Shown: positions 9,587 to 18,473 of the stretch, piece by piece | Layout: each line of letters opens with the position of its first letter | Position numbering within the stretch: the first letter of the stretch is position 1 | Source of the DNA: Chitinophagaceae bacterium | GTDB taxonomy: Bacteria > Bacteroidota > Bacteroidia > Chitinophagales > Chitinophagaceae | Direction: 5' to 3' | Assembly (NCBI GenBank): GCA_019638595.1 | Contig: JAHBTJ010000007.1 | Coordinates: 229,674-293,673, forward strand | DNA length: 64,000 nt | Made by a program: the position numbers and the translations under genes | The notes under the pieces: model-generated | The model's input: the letters and a program-made list of their open reading frames with translations, nothing else | What the model was told of the DNA's origin: nothing | Databases searched by the model: none

Positions 9587-10426
9587 TTATGTAATCATTT
9601 CATGATCCTCAACAGGGATTTCCATAGTTACTTTATAATACGTTTGCGACAGGTCTTTTTCAAACTCTATCCGGGCTTGTAATACTTTAACCCTGCTCTG
9701 GATGTTTTTTAGTCCAAGACCTAATGCGCTTTTATTCAACCTGTCAAAATCTGCCTGGGTAATGCCTCTGCCATCGTGATGAAGCCTGATAAAAAAACGG
9801 TCTTCATTATAATTTTGAGTTACATGAATAAAGCTTGAGCTGCTGTGTTTTAAAATGTTGTTTACCAGCTCCTGTATAACGCGAAAAATAAGCAATTCTT
9901 GTTCGGGTCTTAACCTTTGCCTGTAGTCGTGAAAACGGCAGCTTGCGTTCACTACCCCCGACCCGCTTATTTTTTGAAACAGGTCGTTCACTGCAGATTC
10001 CAGCCCAAAATTTTTAAGCGTAGGCGGCATGAGGCTATGAGAGATGTTACGTATGAGCTGAATGGTATCATCTATAATTTGTTTGGCGTTATAAATGCTT
10101 TGCAATTGCGTGCTTATATCCTGGTTAACAAGGTTTTCATTCAGGTATAGCCTGGCTGTTGCCAGTAACGGCCCCGCATCATCGTGTAAATCGGCGGCTA
10201 TACGCTGCCGTTCTTCCTCCTGCCATCTTATAGAGGCATTCAGCAGTATTTTTTGCTGTTCCTCCTCCATTTCCTGTAACTGCATTTGATAGCGTATCAC
10301 TCTCCTTTGGTGAAAAACGATAAAAATAACAAGCCCTACTGCAAGGGCAAGCATTCCCATCGTACCAAAAAAAAGAACACTGGATACGCTTTGATTTGAA
10401 ATTTGCAATAGCACCATAGCTTTCAT
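9587..10426 (-). CDS. HisKA_3 histidine kinase with a single N-terminal TM helix
   Basis: EEERQRIAADLHD (H box), QELVNNILKH (N box), DGRG, GLGLKNI; one hydrophobic segment and no extracytoplasmic sensor domain. Confidence 0.93.
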   Translation of the reverse strand: MKAMVLLQISNQSVSSVLFFGTMGMLALAVGLVIFIVFHQRRVIRYQMQLQEMEEEQQKILLNASIRWQEEERQRIAADLHDDAGPLLATARLYLNENLVNQDISTQLQSIYNAKQIIDDTIQLIRNISHSLMPPTLKNFGLESAVNDLFQKISGSGVVNASCRFHDYRQRLRPEQELLIFRVIQELVNNILKHSSSSFIHVTQNYNEDRFFIRLHHDGRGITQADFDRLNKSALGLGLKNIQSRVKVLQARIEFEKDLSQTYYKVTMEIPVEDHEMIT

Positions 10427-11115
10427 CGTGGGTTGAAGGATGTCGGGGTTCGATAGGGTTTTTTTGTATACTTTAATTTGCTTTCTTTATCTTTTGTTAG
10501 CATTGCGAGAGAAAAAAACACATTCTTAATAATATAAAGCGGGTCGTGTATCATGTCGTACAGATCTAAAAACTCGCTTTCATTCATATAGTTCCTTGCA
10601 TATATAAAAGGAAAGAATGTTCCTGCCGAAAAGATTATAATGCCCACTACCACCCAAAATACGGGAGAAGAGAACAGGTATATTTCAGTGGGGTTCTTCA
10701 TTCTTTCAAAGAGGTAATAAATGCTAAATAGCAGGAAAACAAAATAGGTAAGCCCTGTGAGATTGGAATTGAAAAAATCATGAGAGGAAGTAATGATAGA
10801 ATATATAAGGTAAGGGCTCACTAATAAAGTAATAAAAAGAATTACTTTTTGCGACCGCGGATTTCCTATTATTTTATAAAACAATAGGGAAAGAGCCGCA
10901 AACTCAACAATTGTACTGATGCTGACAATGAAATAATAATGCTCTTCTCTTAATTGCCTGTTTGACAGGACGAAGAAATTGAAAAATAGAAAATAAAGGG
11001 ATAGGAAAAAAACAACCCTTAACCCTATATTTTTTCTTGACTTGCAGAAAAAGATATACAGGATTAAGGGCAGTAAATCAGATAAATAAGCGATATTTCG
11101 TAAAATAGTGCCTAT
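10423..11115 (-). CDS. 7-TM membrane protein, probable sensor partner of the kinase (start uncertain)
   Basis: ORF track starts at TTG 10884, but the frame stays open to 11130 and encodes three more TM helices (IAYLSDLLPLILYIFF; LRVVFFLSLYFLFFNFFVL; YYFIVSISTIVEFAALSLL). No in-frame ATG/GTG/TTG upstream. Stop overlaps kinase start (ATGA). Confidence 0.8.
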   Translation of the reverse strand: MGTILRNIAYLSDLLPLILYIFFCKSRKNIGLRVVFFLSLYFLFFNFFVLSNRQLREEHYYFIVSISTIVEFAALSLLFYKIIGNPRSQKVILFITLLVSPYLIYSIITSSHDFFNSNLTGLTYFVFLLFSIYYLFERMKNPTEIYLFSSPVFWVVVGIIIFSAGTFFPFIYARNYMNESEFLDLYDMIHDPLYIIKNVFFSLAMLTKDKESKLKYTKKPYRTPTSFNPR

Positions 11116-11144
11116 AGTTGAGTTGTTTCTTCAAATATAGGCAC
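11108..11144 (-). terminator. Hairpin between small-protein gene and 7-TM gene (attenuator or stabiliser)
   Basis: On the mRNA: GUGCCUAUAUUUGA-AGAAACAAC-UCAACUAUAGGCAC (13/14 bp stem), followed by UAUUUU. Confidence 0.6.
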
Positions 11145-11156
11145 TTAGCCGGTAAA

Positions 11157-11528
11157 TTAAAAACTCCATGACCACCAGCCTGGCCTGGGCGAAAAATAGT
11201 TTGCTACAATACCCGGTACTTTATCCAGTTCTCCATTGTCGTTAACATATGTATATTCGAGAATAGCCTTCCCGGTGCTGTCTACGCCAATGAACACGTA
11301 AGTTTGGGCTCCCCTGTCATTAAGGGCTTTGTATATGTTAATTCCTACGCAATCAGGCTGGCTAAGCAGCTTTTCAAGGATGTTCCTCCCTACGAAATGG
11401 CAACTGTTTTCGCCATGTAAGTCATAAAAATCTTTAATCATTTTGGCTCCTTTTTCGAAGCCGATGTGCTGCCCAACATTGGCATGAGGAAGCTGAGGGG
11501 TTTGCACAAGTACATCTTTCTTTGTCAT
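11157..11528 (-). CDS. Small protein (123 aa) with Trp-rich C-terminal tail, first gene of the 7TM-HK-RR operon
   Basis: ATG with A-rich leader; ends IVANYFSPRPGWWSWSF; no Sec signal peptide. Confidence 0.8.
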   Translation of the reverse strand: MTKKDVLVQTPQLPHANVGQHIGFEKGAKMIKDFYDLHGENSCHFVGRNILEKLLSQPDCVGINIYKALNDRGAQTYVFIGVDSTGKAILEYTYVNDNGELDKVPGIVANYFSPRPGWWSWSF

Positions 11529-12289
11529 AGTTGTAAGTTTTGTGGTTTTTTAGAAAAAGTTAAGGATTGATTTATGTCAAAATTGAATGATAAAGCGGGG
11601 ATGTACAATAGGGTGGCTTATGAAATTTTTGAATAATATCAACAAAAACCTTTGTGGGCCTGCGTTTTATATACAAAATGAGCAAATGGATTAAAAAAAA
11701 TTAAAGTATAATTACTTTTGTAAATTAGTATTTTTACGATATATTTAACTGTAGTTATCCTATATTTTGAAAAATGGCTGGCTGTGGAGTGCTAAATGCT
11801 ACATTTTAAGCCGCAGGAGTTTATTGATAAAGGCACGCATTAACGAGGTACGTACGGGAATGGATTTTTGAAACGGGCGCAAAGTAATCAAATAATTATT
11901 TACCGGCTAAATACCGGAAAAAGTGAAAGTTGACCGACATTGGATTTTGCGTTCGATTTTTCACAGATATTGAAAATAAATTATTGGACGGTTTCAGGGA
12001 TGCTGGATTTAAATTTGAGGTTGCCGAATCCCCGCCAATCAACTTCAAAGCAAAAATACCTAACGGGGTATGGTTCTGCAATAGCAGATTTGCGCTATTT
12101 GCCAGCTTCAGTAAATACGGATTATTGTTTGTTATAGCTATGTAAAAGAGTAGGGTTACTTTAAAAATGCAAGTATTTTAACTAAGTATAAATACTAGGC
12201 TATAATTCGGTTGATTTGCGAAGTTTGTAAGATAAATTATAAATATAGTATCAACCGCAAACAGGTGTAACCTCTTATCATTAAAATCC

Positions 12290-12955
12290 ATGTCAACAAC
12301 CACAAACTACCAGATTAAGGTTTCCATTGCCGATGACCACAAAATTTTCAGGGATGGAATTAAAATGGCAATGGGAGGAAAAGAATATCTAAAGATCATT
12401 TGGGAGGCCGAGAACGGGAAAGACCTCATGCATAAAATGAAAATCAAGCTTCCCGATGTTTTGTTGATGGACATCAGAATGCCGGAAATGGACGGCGTGA
12501 ACGCTATTTCGCTTATCAGGAAAGAGTATGAACAGATAAAGATCATAGTACTTACCATGTACGATGACCAGGAGATGATTTCACGCATGATGGAAATGGG
12601 CGCCAATGCTTACTTAACCAAAACTACCGATCCCGAAGAAATATACAATGCCATTTTAACCTGCATGAACGACGATTTCTATTTTAACGATCTCGTAAAT
12701 AAAGCGGTGCTGTTAAAGCTCCAGCATAAAAAACAGGTAAAGCAGTATTACCCCAATCCCGTTAAGTTCAACGAAAAGGAGTTAAAGATACTCAAGCTCA
12801 TATCGGAGGATAAAACTACCGAAGAAATTTCCAAAGAAGTGTACCTGAGCCCGCGTACCATAGAAACCGTGCGCCAGAATATGAAAACGAAAGTGGGAGC
12901 TAAAACAATTGCGGGACTGGTAATGTATGGTATGCGTAATAAGCTGATTAACTGA
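12290..12955 (+). CDS. NarL/LuxR-family response regulator
   Basis: ADDH, LMDIRMP, AYLTK, LSPRTIET. Confidence 0.95.
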   Translation: MSTTTNYQIKVSIADDHKIFRDGIKMAMGGKEYLKIIWEAENGKDLMHKMKIKLPDVLLMDIRMPEMDGVNAISLIRKEYEQIKIIVLTMYDDQEMISRMMEMGANAYLTKTTDPEEIYNAILTCMNDDFYFNDLVNKAVLLKLQHKKQVKQYYPNPVKFNEKELKILKLISEDKTTEEISKEVYLSPRTIETVRQNMKTKVGAKTIAGLVMYGMRNKLIN

Positions 12956-13104
12956 TATTTTTTAGGAAATTAGGAATAGTTGTTGCAACAACGTAAATTT
13001 ATTTTTTAAAGCATTTCAGGTAATTGTACGATGGTAATTTTACAAGGATAACTGTAAAATTTATACAAAAGAACGTACGATGAACTACTATAGAAAAAAT
13101 AAGG

Positions 13105-13779
13105 ATGAAAATTCAGGAACCAGGCTCTTTTGTAAAAGTAATTGTTGCTGATGACCACGTTTTGTTCAGGGCCGGCGTAAAAACCGCCCTCAGCATGAAA
13201 AAAGATGTGCGGTTGATTGGCGAAGCAGATAATGGTCAGCAATTGTTGCATTTGCTTAAGCATTTGCAACCCGATGTTATTTTACTGGATATCCAGATGC
13301 CGATCATGGACGGCATTACTACATTGCCTGAAATCAAAAAGCTTTATCCCGATATCAGGATCATTATGCTTACCATGCACAACGACCATTCCATGATCTC
13401 AAAACTGATGGAGCTGGGGGCCAATGCCTATCTTACCAAAAATTCAGATTCAGAGGTGATTTATGAAGCCATCAAAACCTGCTATCTTAACGAATATTAT
13501 TTTAACGACCTCACTAATAAAGCGCTGCTGGACGGACTGCGAACCAAACGCCATAATGATTCGTTTGGACCTGCCGAAGTAAAATTAAGCGAAAAGGAAA
13601 AACATATTCTTAAGCTGATGTGCGATGAAAAAAGCACTAAGGAAATTGCGGATATGGTAGATTTAAGCCCCCGCACGGTAGAAGCTATCCGCGATAAGCT
13701 CAAATCTAAAACCGGTGTTAAGTCAATGGCCGGGTTGGTTATGTACGCGGTTAAGTCAGGTATCATTGATAATAAGTAA
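13105..13779 (+). CDS. NarL/LuxR-family response regulator
   Basis: ADDH, LLDIQMP, AYLTK, LSPRTVEAIR. Confidence 0.95.
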   Translation: MKIQEPGSFVKVIVADDHVLFRAGVKTALSMKKDVRLIGEADNGQQLLHLLKHLQPDVILLDIQMPIMDGITTLPEIKKLYPDIRIIMLTMHNDHSMISKLMELGANAYLTKNSDSEVIYEAIKTCYLNEYYFNDLTNKALLDGLRTKRHNDSFGPAEVKLSEKEKHILKLMCDEKSTKEIADMVDLSPRTVEAIRDKLKSKTGVKSMAGLVMYAVKSGIIDNK

Positions 13780-13819
13780 TTTTACTTTTTATCAATACCT
13801 CTATTTAATCTTGCAGTAT

Positions 13820-14662
13820 ATGCCTGGTGGTTACTTTGTACATAATGGTCAACTCTTCAGGGAAGGTAAGGCGGTCATATCTCCCGATAATCGTTCTTTC
13901 AGGTACGGAGATGGCTTGTTTGAAACCATGCGCGTGGTAAAAGGGAATATTATTCTTAAGCAATTTCACTTTGAACGGTTATTGCATGGAATGAAGCTGC
14001 TGCAGTTTGAAACCCCTGATTTTTTTACCGCATCTCACCTTGAAGCCGATATTCTTTCCCTTTGTAAAAAAAACAGGATAGAAGATGCTGTAATAAGACT
14101 TGTGGTTTTTAGAAGCGATGGTGGGTTGTACGACCTGGAAGACATGCGCCCCAATTATATTATCCAGAGCATAGCCGTTCAAAAAATGTCCCGCCTTAAG
14201 GAACAGGGAGGTATTGTTATAGGCGTATATGACGATGCTACAAAAGCCTGCAATTCCTTTTCCGAAATTAAATCGAACAACTTTTTGCCATATACAATGG
14301 CTGCAATGTATGCCCGGCGTAAAAAGCTCGACGATTGTATTATACTCAACCAATATGGGCGGGTGGCCGATGCCACCATTGCCAATGTTTTTATTGTGAA
14401 AAATAAAGAGATTTATACGCCTCCTTTAAGCGAAGGCTGTGTAGCGGGAGTATTGCGCAGGTTTTTGCTTCAAAAGCTGCCATTACATGGGTTTGGCATA
14501 CAGGAGAAGCCTGTAACCGTAGATGACCTTTCGGCGGCAGATGAAATTTTTCTCACCAACGCGGTGCGGGGTGTCAGGTTTGTAAAAAAGTTCAGGGATA
14601 AAAGCTATGCTTCGGAAATTTCGCACGAGGTAGCGCAGGTTTGGCTTGGTAAGCAGGCATAA
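13820..14662 (+). CDS. Class IV PLP aminotransferase (4-amino-4-deoxychorismate lyase / BCAT-like)
   Basis: NRSFRYGDGLFETMR, IKSNN, ATIANVF, GCVAGVLR, EIFLTNAVRG. Start moved to ATG 13820. Confidence 0.9.
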   Translation: MPGGYFVHNGQLFREGKAVISPDNRSFRYGDGLFETMRVVKGNIILKQFHFERLLHGMKLLQFETPDFFTASHLEADILSLCKKNRIEDAVIRLVVFRSDGGLYDLEDMRPNYIIQSIAVQKMSRLKEQGGIVIGVYDDATKACNSFSEIKSNNFLPYTMAAMYARRKKLDDCIILNQYGRVADATIANVFIVKNKEIYTPPLSEGCVAGVLRRFLLQKLPLHGFGIQEKPVTVDDLSAADEIFLTNAVRGVRFVKKFRDKSYASEISHEVAQVWLGKQA

Positions 14663-14719
14663 TTCCGATAAGATAATACCATAATGCCGGGGAATACGTT
14701 TATTATACAACCCTGGTGT

Positions 14720-15415
14720 ATGTTTATACGAAAGCTGATTATAATACTCCTGAAAACGCTGCTATTGCTGCTGATCCTGCTTGCATTATACGCGCTGGCT
14801 GTTTGGCTATTACCCTATATAGCTGTTAATAAAGAGGCAGGTAACCCTAATAGTGAAGATGTAAGCATTTATATTAAAACCAATGGTGTGCATACGGATA
14901 TCGTAGTTCCGGTGAAAAATAACAGGATGGACTGGACGCAGTTGATCAGGTATGAGCATACGGATGCGAAAGATTCTTCCCTGCAATATGTGGGTATAGG
15001 TTGGGGCGACAAGGGGTTTTACCTGCAAACACCCGAGTGGAAAGACCTGAAGTTCAGTGTAGCGTTTAAAGCTATGTTCCATTTGAGCAGCTCAGCTATA
15101 CACGCTACTTTTTATAATGAAATTGTAACCGGGGAAGATTGTAAGGAAATAAGGATCAGCAATGTTGAGTACGATAAGCTGGTACAGTATATAAAAGACA
15201 CTTTTCAAAAAGATGCCGGAGGCAACAGCATACATATACCCAGCACAGATGATGGCTATGGCGCTACAGACGCGTTTTACGAAGCCAATGGCAAATACGA
15301 TCTTTTTCACACCTGCAATACCTGGGCCAACAGCGCTTTAAAAGCCTGCAACCAGCGGGCCTGTTTATGGACTGCGCTTGACGGTGGAATATTTTACCAG
15401 TATAAAGACAGGTAA
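14720..15415 (+). CDS. TIGR02117/DUF2459-like conserved protein
   Basis: NGVHTDIVVP, GWGDKGFYL, TCNTWAN; N-terminal TM anchor. Confidence 0.8.
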   Translation: MFIRKLIIILLKTLLLLLILLALYALAVWLLPYIAVNKEAGNPNSEDVSIYIKTNGVHTDIVVPVKNNRMDWTQLIRYEHTDAKDSSLQYVGIGWGDKGFYLQTPEWKDLKFSVAFKAMFHLSSSAIHATFYNEIVTGEDCKEIRISNVEYDKLVQYIKDTFQKDAGGNSIHIPSTDDGYGATDAFYEANGKYDLFHTCNTWANSALKACNQRACLWTALDGGIFYQYKDR

Positions 15416-15500
15416 CTATACGTTTCATTGCTGAAACAGCATACCAGGGCTATTTTTATTGTAACTTTAAAGTATCCCGGTAAATATCAAAGAATGAAAT

Positions 15501-15725
15501 ATGGACAATTGGAAAATCATCATGAGCGCCAGCTCTGCTGCACCATTTGAAGTGTATTTAGCAAAAAGCTATCTGGAGTCTGAAGGAATAGCAACATTAT
15601 TACAAAATGATTTGGCAGCCCAGGTATATTCAGGTGCTGTTGATGAAGCAAAGTTATTGGTTAAAGAAAGTGATGTAGAGCAGGGAATAAAAATATTGAC
15701 AAAGGGAGGATATATAAAAGATTGA
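15501..15725 (+). CDS. DUF2007-like small protein
   Basis: LAKSYLESEGI...KLLVKESDVEQG pattern. Confidence 0.65.
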   Translation: MDNWKIIMSASSAAPFEVYLAKSYLESEGIATLLQNDLAAQVYSGAVDEAKLLVKESDVEQGIKILTKGGYIKD

Positions 15726-15803
15726 TCACGAGAATAATCTTATTCAAGGTTCGCGATACACAAACCTGCACTCTTAATGGAAAGCCGGATTTCGTTTCGC
15801 TTT

Positions 15804-16790
15804 TTAATAGCCTGTCAACAATTTATTTACCATCATCTCATCAAGCACCGCTCTCACCTTCCTCTCCCGCTCCTCATAGCTTCCCGATATCAGCACATAC
15901 TCAATCTTTCTTTCCTCCAGTTCATTCTTAAATATCTTCATCATTTCCTTTCTGCGATGTCCCTGGTCACGAAGCGGGTCAGCAATCCAGGGGGTATCTA
16001 TATCAAGTAAAAAATAGAGATCGTACCTGGTTTGCTTTTCCAGCTCGGTAATAACCGGCGGCACTTTGCGTAAGTATAATTGTGCGTAAATGGCGGTAGT
16101 AATCGCATCTGTATCGCAAAACAAAAACTTGTTTGCCTGTTGTAGCTTTTCCTGAATATATTGATGCTGCAGCCTGCCGATAGCAATGATTTCTTTTTCA
16201 CCAAAATCATTCGATTGTAAAATATCTCTCGCGGACTCGGGCACATATACCGTATTATAATGTTCAGCCATCTTCATTGCCAGGGTAGATTTGCCGGTAC
16301 TCTCGGGGCCGTAAAAGCAGATCTTTTTTACAAAATAGGGTTGTATATGTATGGGAATATACTGCCAGTTTGCCAATGGCTCATTTCGTATAGCCGTAGC
16401 CGATATGGGCACAGTTGACCGCTGCATGTCAAAAACAATATGTGCGGCACTCATGTTAAGGGCAAAAGGCTCCCCGTAGTTTTCAGAGCTGATCAATATA
16501 TCTACCGGTGGATATGCCTGTTCCATCTTTTTTGCCCAGGCTGCTGTCCGCTCCTGCAGGGGCAGGTGTTCATTATCAAAATCATCTTTAATAATGTATG
16601 GAACTATGGCGGAATTGTTTTTAAATTGTTCTTTTATCCACTTAAAACGCAGTTGCGGCTCAATGGGATCAGCATCGGTATAGCTCATCGAAACAATCAG
16701 CTCATCACATCGCGAGGCGGCAAATTCGATCAACGCGATATGACCCTTGTGCAAGGGCATAAACTTACCAATTACCAATCCTCTTTTCAT
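15804..16790 (-). CDS. nadR: NadR-type NMN adenylyltransferase / ribosylnicotinamide kinase
   Basis: GKFMPLHKGH (HxGH), ISATAIR, P-loop GPESTGKST, FCDTD; no HTH domain. Confidence 0.9.
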   Translation of the reverse strand: MKRGLVIGKFMPLHKGHIALIEFAASRCDELIVSMSYTDADPIEPQLRFKWIKEQFKNNSAIVPYIIKDDFDNEHLPLQERTAAWAKKMEQAYPPVDILISSENYGEPFALNMSAAHIVFDMQRSTVPISATAIRNEPLANWQYIPIHIQPYFVKKICFYGPESTGKSTLAMKMAEHYNTVYVPESARDILQSNDFGEKEIIAIGRLQHQYIQEKLQQANKFLFCDTDAITTAIYAQLYLRKVPPVITELEKQTRYDLYFLLDIDTPWIADPLRDQGHRRKEMMKIFKNELEERKIEYVLISGSYEERERKVRAVLDEMMVNKLLTGY

Positions 16791-17455
16791 GCAGGTTGTT
16801 TAGCGTATGATTTGTATTCCCGTATCCAGTGCCACAAGCCAAAAGCCGCAATACCGCAGAATACCAGGTACTCAAAGCTGTAAAACTTTATGCCTTTTAT
16901 ATAATACAGGAAAGTAGCCACTATATCTACAATGATCCATATTACCCAGCATTCTATTTTCTTTTGTATCATATAAAAAGTAGTGATGATGCTCATTACC
17001 ATAATAAAAGAATCAATATAAGGATAAGCGCTGGGTTCGCTGAATACGATCGGGAACCATTCATGCAGGCGGCTTGCAAAATTGCCGAGTAAAAAAGTGC
17101 CGGCAATAGTAGTGGCAACAACAAATATAATTTGCGATGGTTTCATGTAACTCACTTTCAGCTCCTGCTTCCTGTCGGCTTCTTCCGGCTTGGGATGGCT
17201 CCACCGCCACCAGCCCATAATATTGGTAACAAAAAAGAAAGCCTGTAAAAACATATCAGGATACAACTGTACCTGGTAGTATAGTATGAATGATAATACC
17301 ACATTTACAATACCTACCGGCCAGCTCCATATATGCGCTTTGGCAGAGAGCCATACCGCCACCAGTCCGCTCATCACACCAAAAAATTCAATATAGCTCA
17401 TGGAATAACCGAGCAGTCTGAAAAATTCGTTGTGTATGTTGAATAGTTCTTTCAA
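16787..17455 (-). CDS. pnuC: Nicotinamide riboside transporter PnuC
   Basis: WSWPVGIVN, GWWRW, PYIDSF, KKIECWVIWIIVD; stop overlaps nadR start. Confidence 0.92.
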   Translation of the reverse strand: MKELFNIHNEFFRLLGYSMSYIEFFGVMSGLVAVWLSAKAHIWSWPVGIVNVVLSFILYYQVQLYPDMFLQAFFFVTNIMGWWRWSHPKPEEADRKQELKVSYMKPSQIIFVVATTIAGTFLLGNFASRLHEWFPIVFSEPSAYPYIDSFIMVMSIITTFYMIQKKIECWVIWIIVDIVATFLYYIKGIKFYSFEYLVFCGIAAFGLWHWIREYKSYAKQPA

Positions 17456-17618
17456 GATAAAAGTGTTTTGATTTTATAGCCAGCAATAAAGCAAAGCAAT
17501 ATGCATTTAATTCAAATCGTCATGTGGGCGGGATCGCAGTGACGTGCAAGAGTGATTAGTCTCTGCAACCAGCCTAATAATAGTAATGCATATCCCCTGC
17601 ATTTTTGCTGCTTCCCCC

Positions 17619-18464
17619 TTAAATAAATACATTACGATCAATGGGAGATACAGGATTATTGCATTCATAAATATTCAAAAATTCATTTACGGCTTTTTTC
17701 CCGTCAGCTCCTATGTTAATAGAATAATCGTTTACATACAGATCAATATGCTGCCGCATTACGCTTTCTTCCATTTCCCGGGAATGTTGCTTTACATACT
17801 CAGGTAAAACCGGGTAATTTTTGAATGCATATTCAATACTTTGCTGTATTAGTTTGTCTATAGCAGGTTGTATAGCGGGCGATATATTTTTTTTAACGGC
17901 TATACCACCTAACGGTATCGGGTAACCGGTTTTCTTTTCCCAGAAATCGCCGAGGTCAATCAATCTGTGTAATCCTTTTTGCCGGTATGTAAACCTGTTT
18001 TCATGAATAATAACACCCAGTGTTTTTTGGCCGGCAGTGGTCAACAAAAAATTTTCTATTTCATGAAATATTTTGAAGACTTTATTTTTTGCCTCGGGAA
18101 ATGCAAGTGAAAACAGGAGATGCGCTGTGGTGTTCTCCCCGGGAATAGCGACAGTATGCTGATTAATGTCAAAATCCACGGAATGCATATCAATGGGGTT
18201 AGCTGAAATCAAAAGCGGGCCTACGCCTTTACCCAATGCACCACCGCTGTGCAACATTTTATAAAGAGGAAGCACCAGCGGCAATACGCCATAGCTTATT
18301 TTGCTGATATCCAGCCTGCCTTCAATAGCCCATTGGTTCAGGGTTTGCACATCTTCCAGCACTACATCAAACTCAAAATCGCCGGTATCTATTTTTTTAT
18401 TTACCAGCGCATCAAAAATAAAAGTATCGTTAGGGCATGGAGAAAATCCGAGTGTGAGCTTCAT
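17619..18464 (-). CDS. mqnD: 1,4-dihydroxy-6-naphthoate synthase (futalosine pathway)
   Basis: LGFSPCPNDTFIF, GALGKGVGPL, IIHENRFTY, PIPLGGI, HIDLYVN. Confidence 0.95.
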   Translation of the reverse strand: MKLTLGFSPCPNDTFIFDALVNKKIDTGDFEFDVVLEDVQTLNQWAIEGRLDISKISYGVLPLVLPLYKMLHSGGALGKGVGPLLISANPIDMHSVDFDINQHTVAIPGENTTAHLLFSLAFPEAKNKVFKIFHEIENFLLTTAGQKTLGVIIHENRFTYRQKGLHRLIDLGDFWEKKTGYPIPLGGIAVKKNISPAIQPAIDKLIQQSIEYAFKNYPVLPEYVKQHSREMEESVMRQHIDLYVNDYSINIGADGKKAVNEFLNIYECNNPVSPIDRNVFI

Positions 18465-18473
18465 TGTAGTTAT

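Noticed and set aside
11896-12145. Three overlapping small ORFs in the divergent spacer
   Set aside because: No recognisable motifs and mutually overlapping frames; more likely regulatory DNA.
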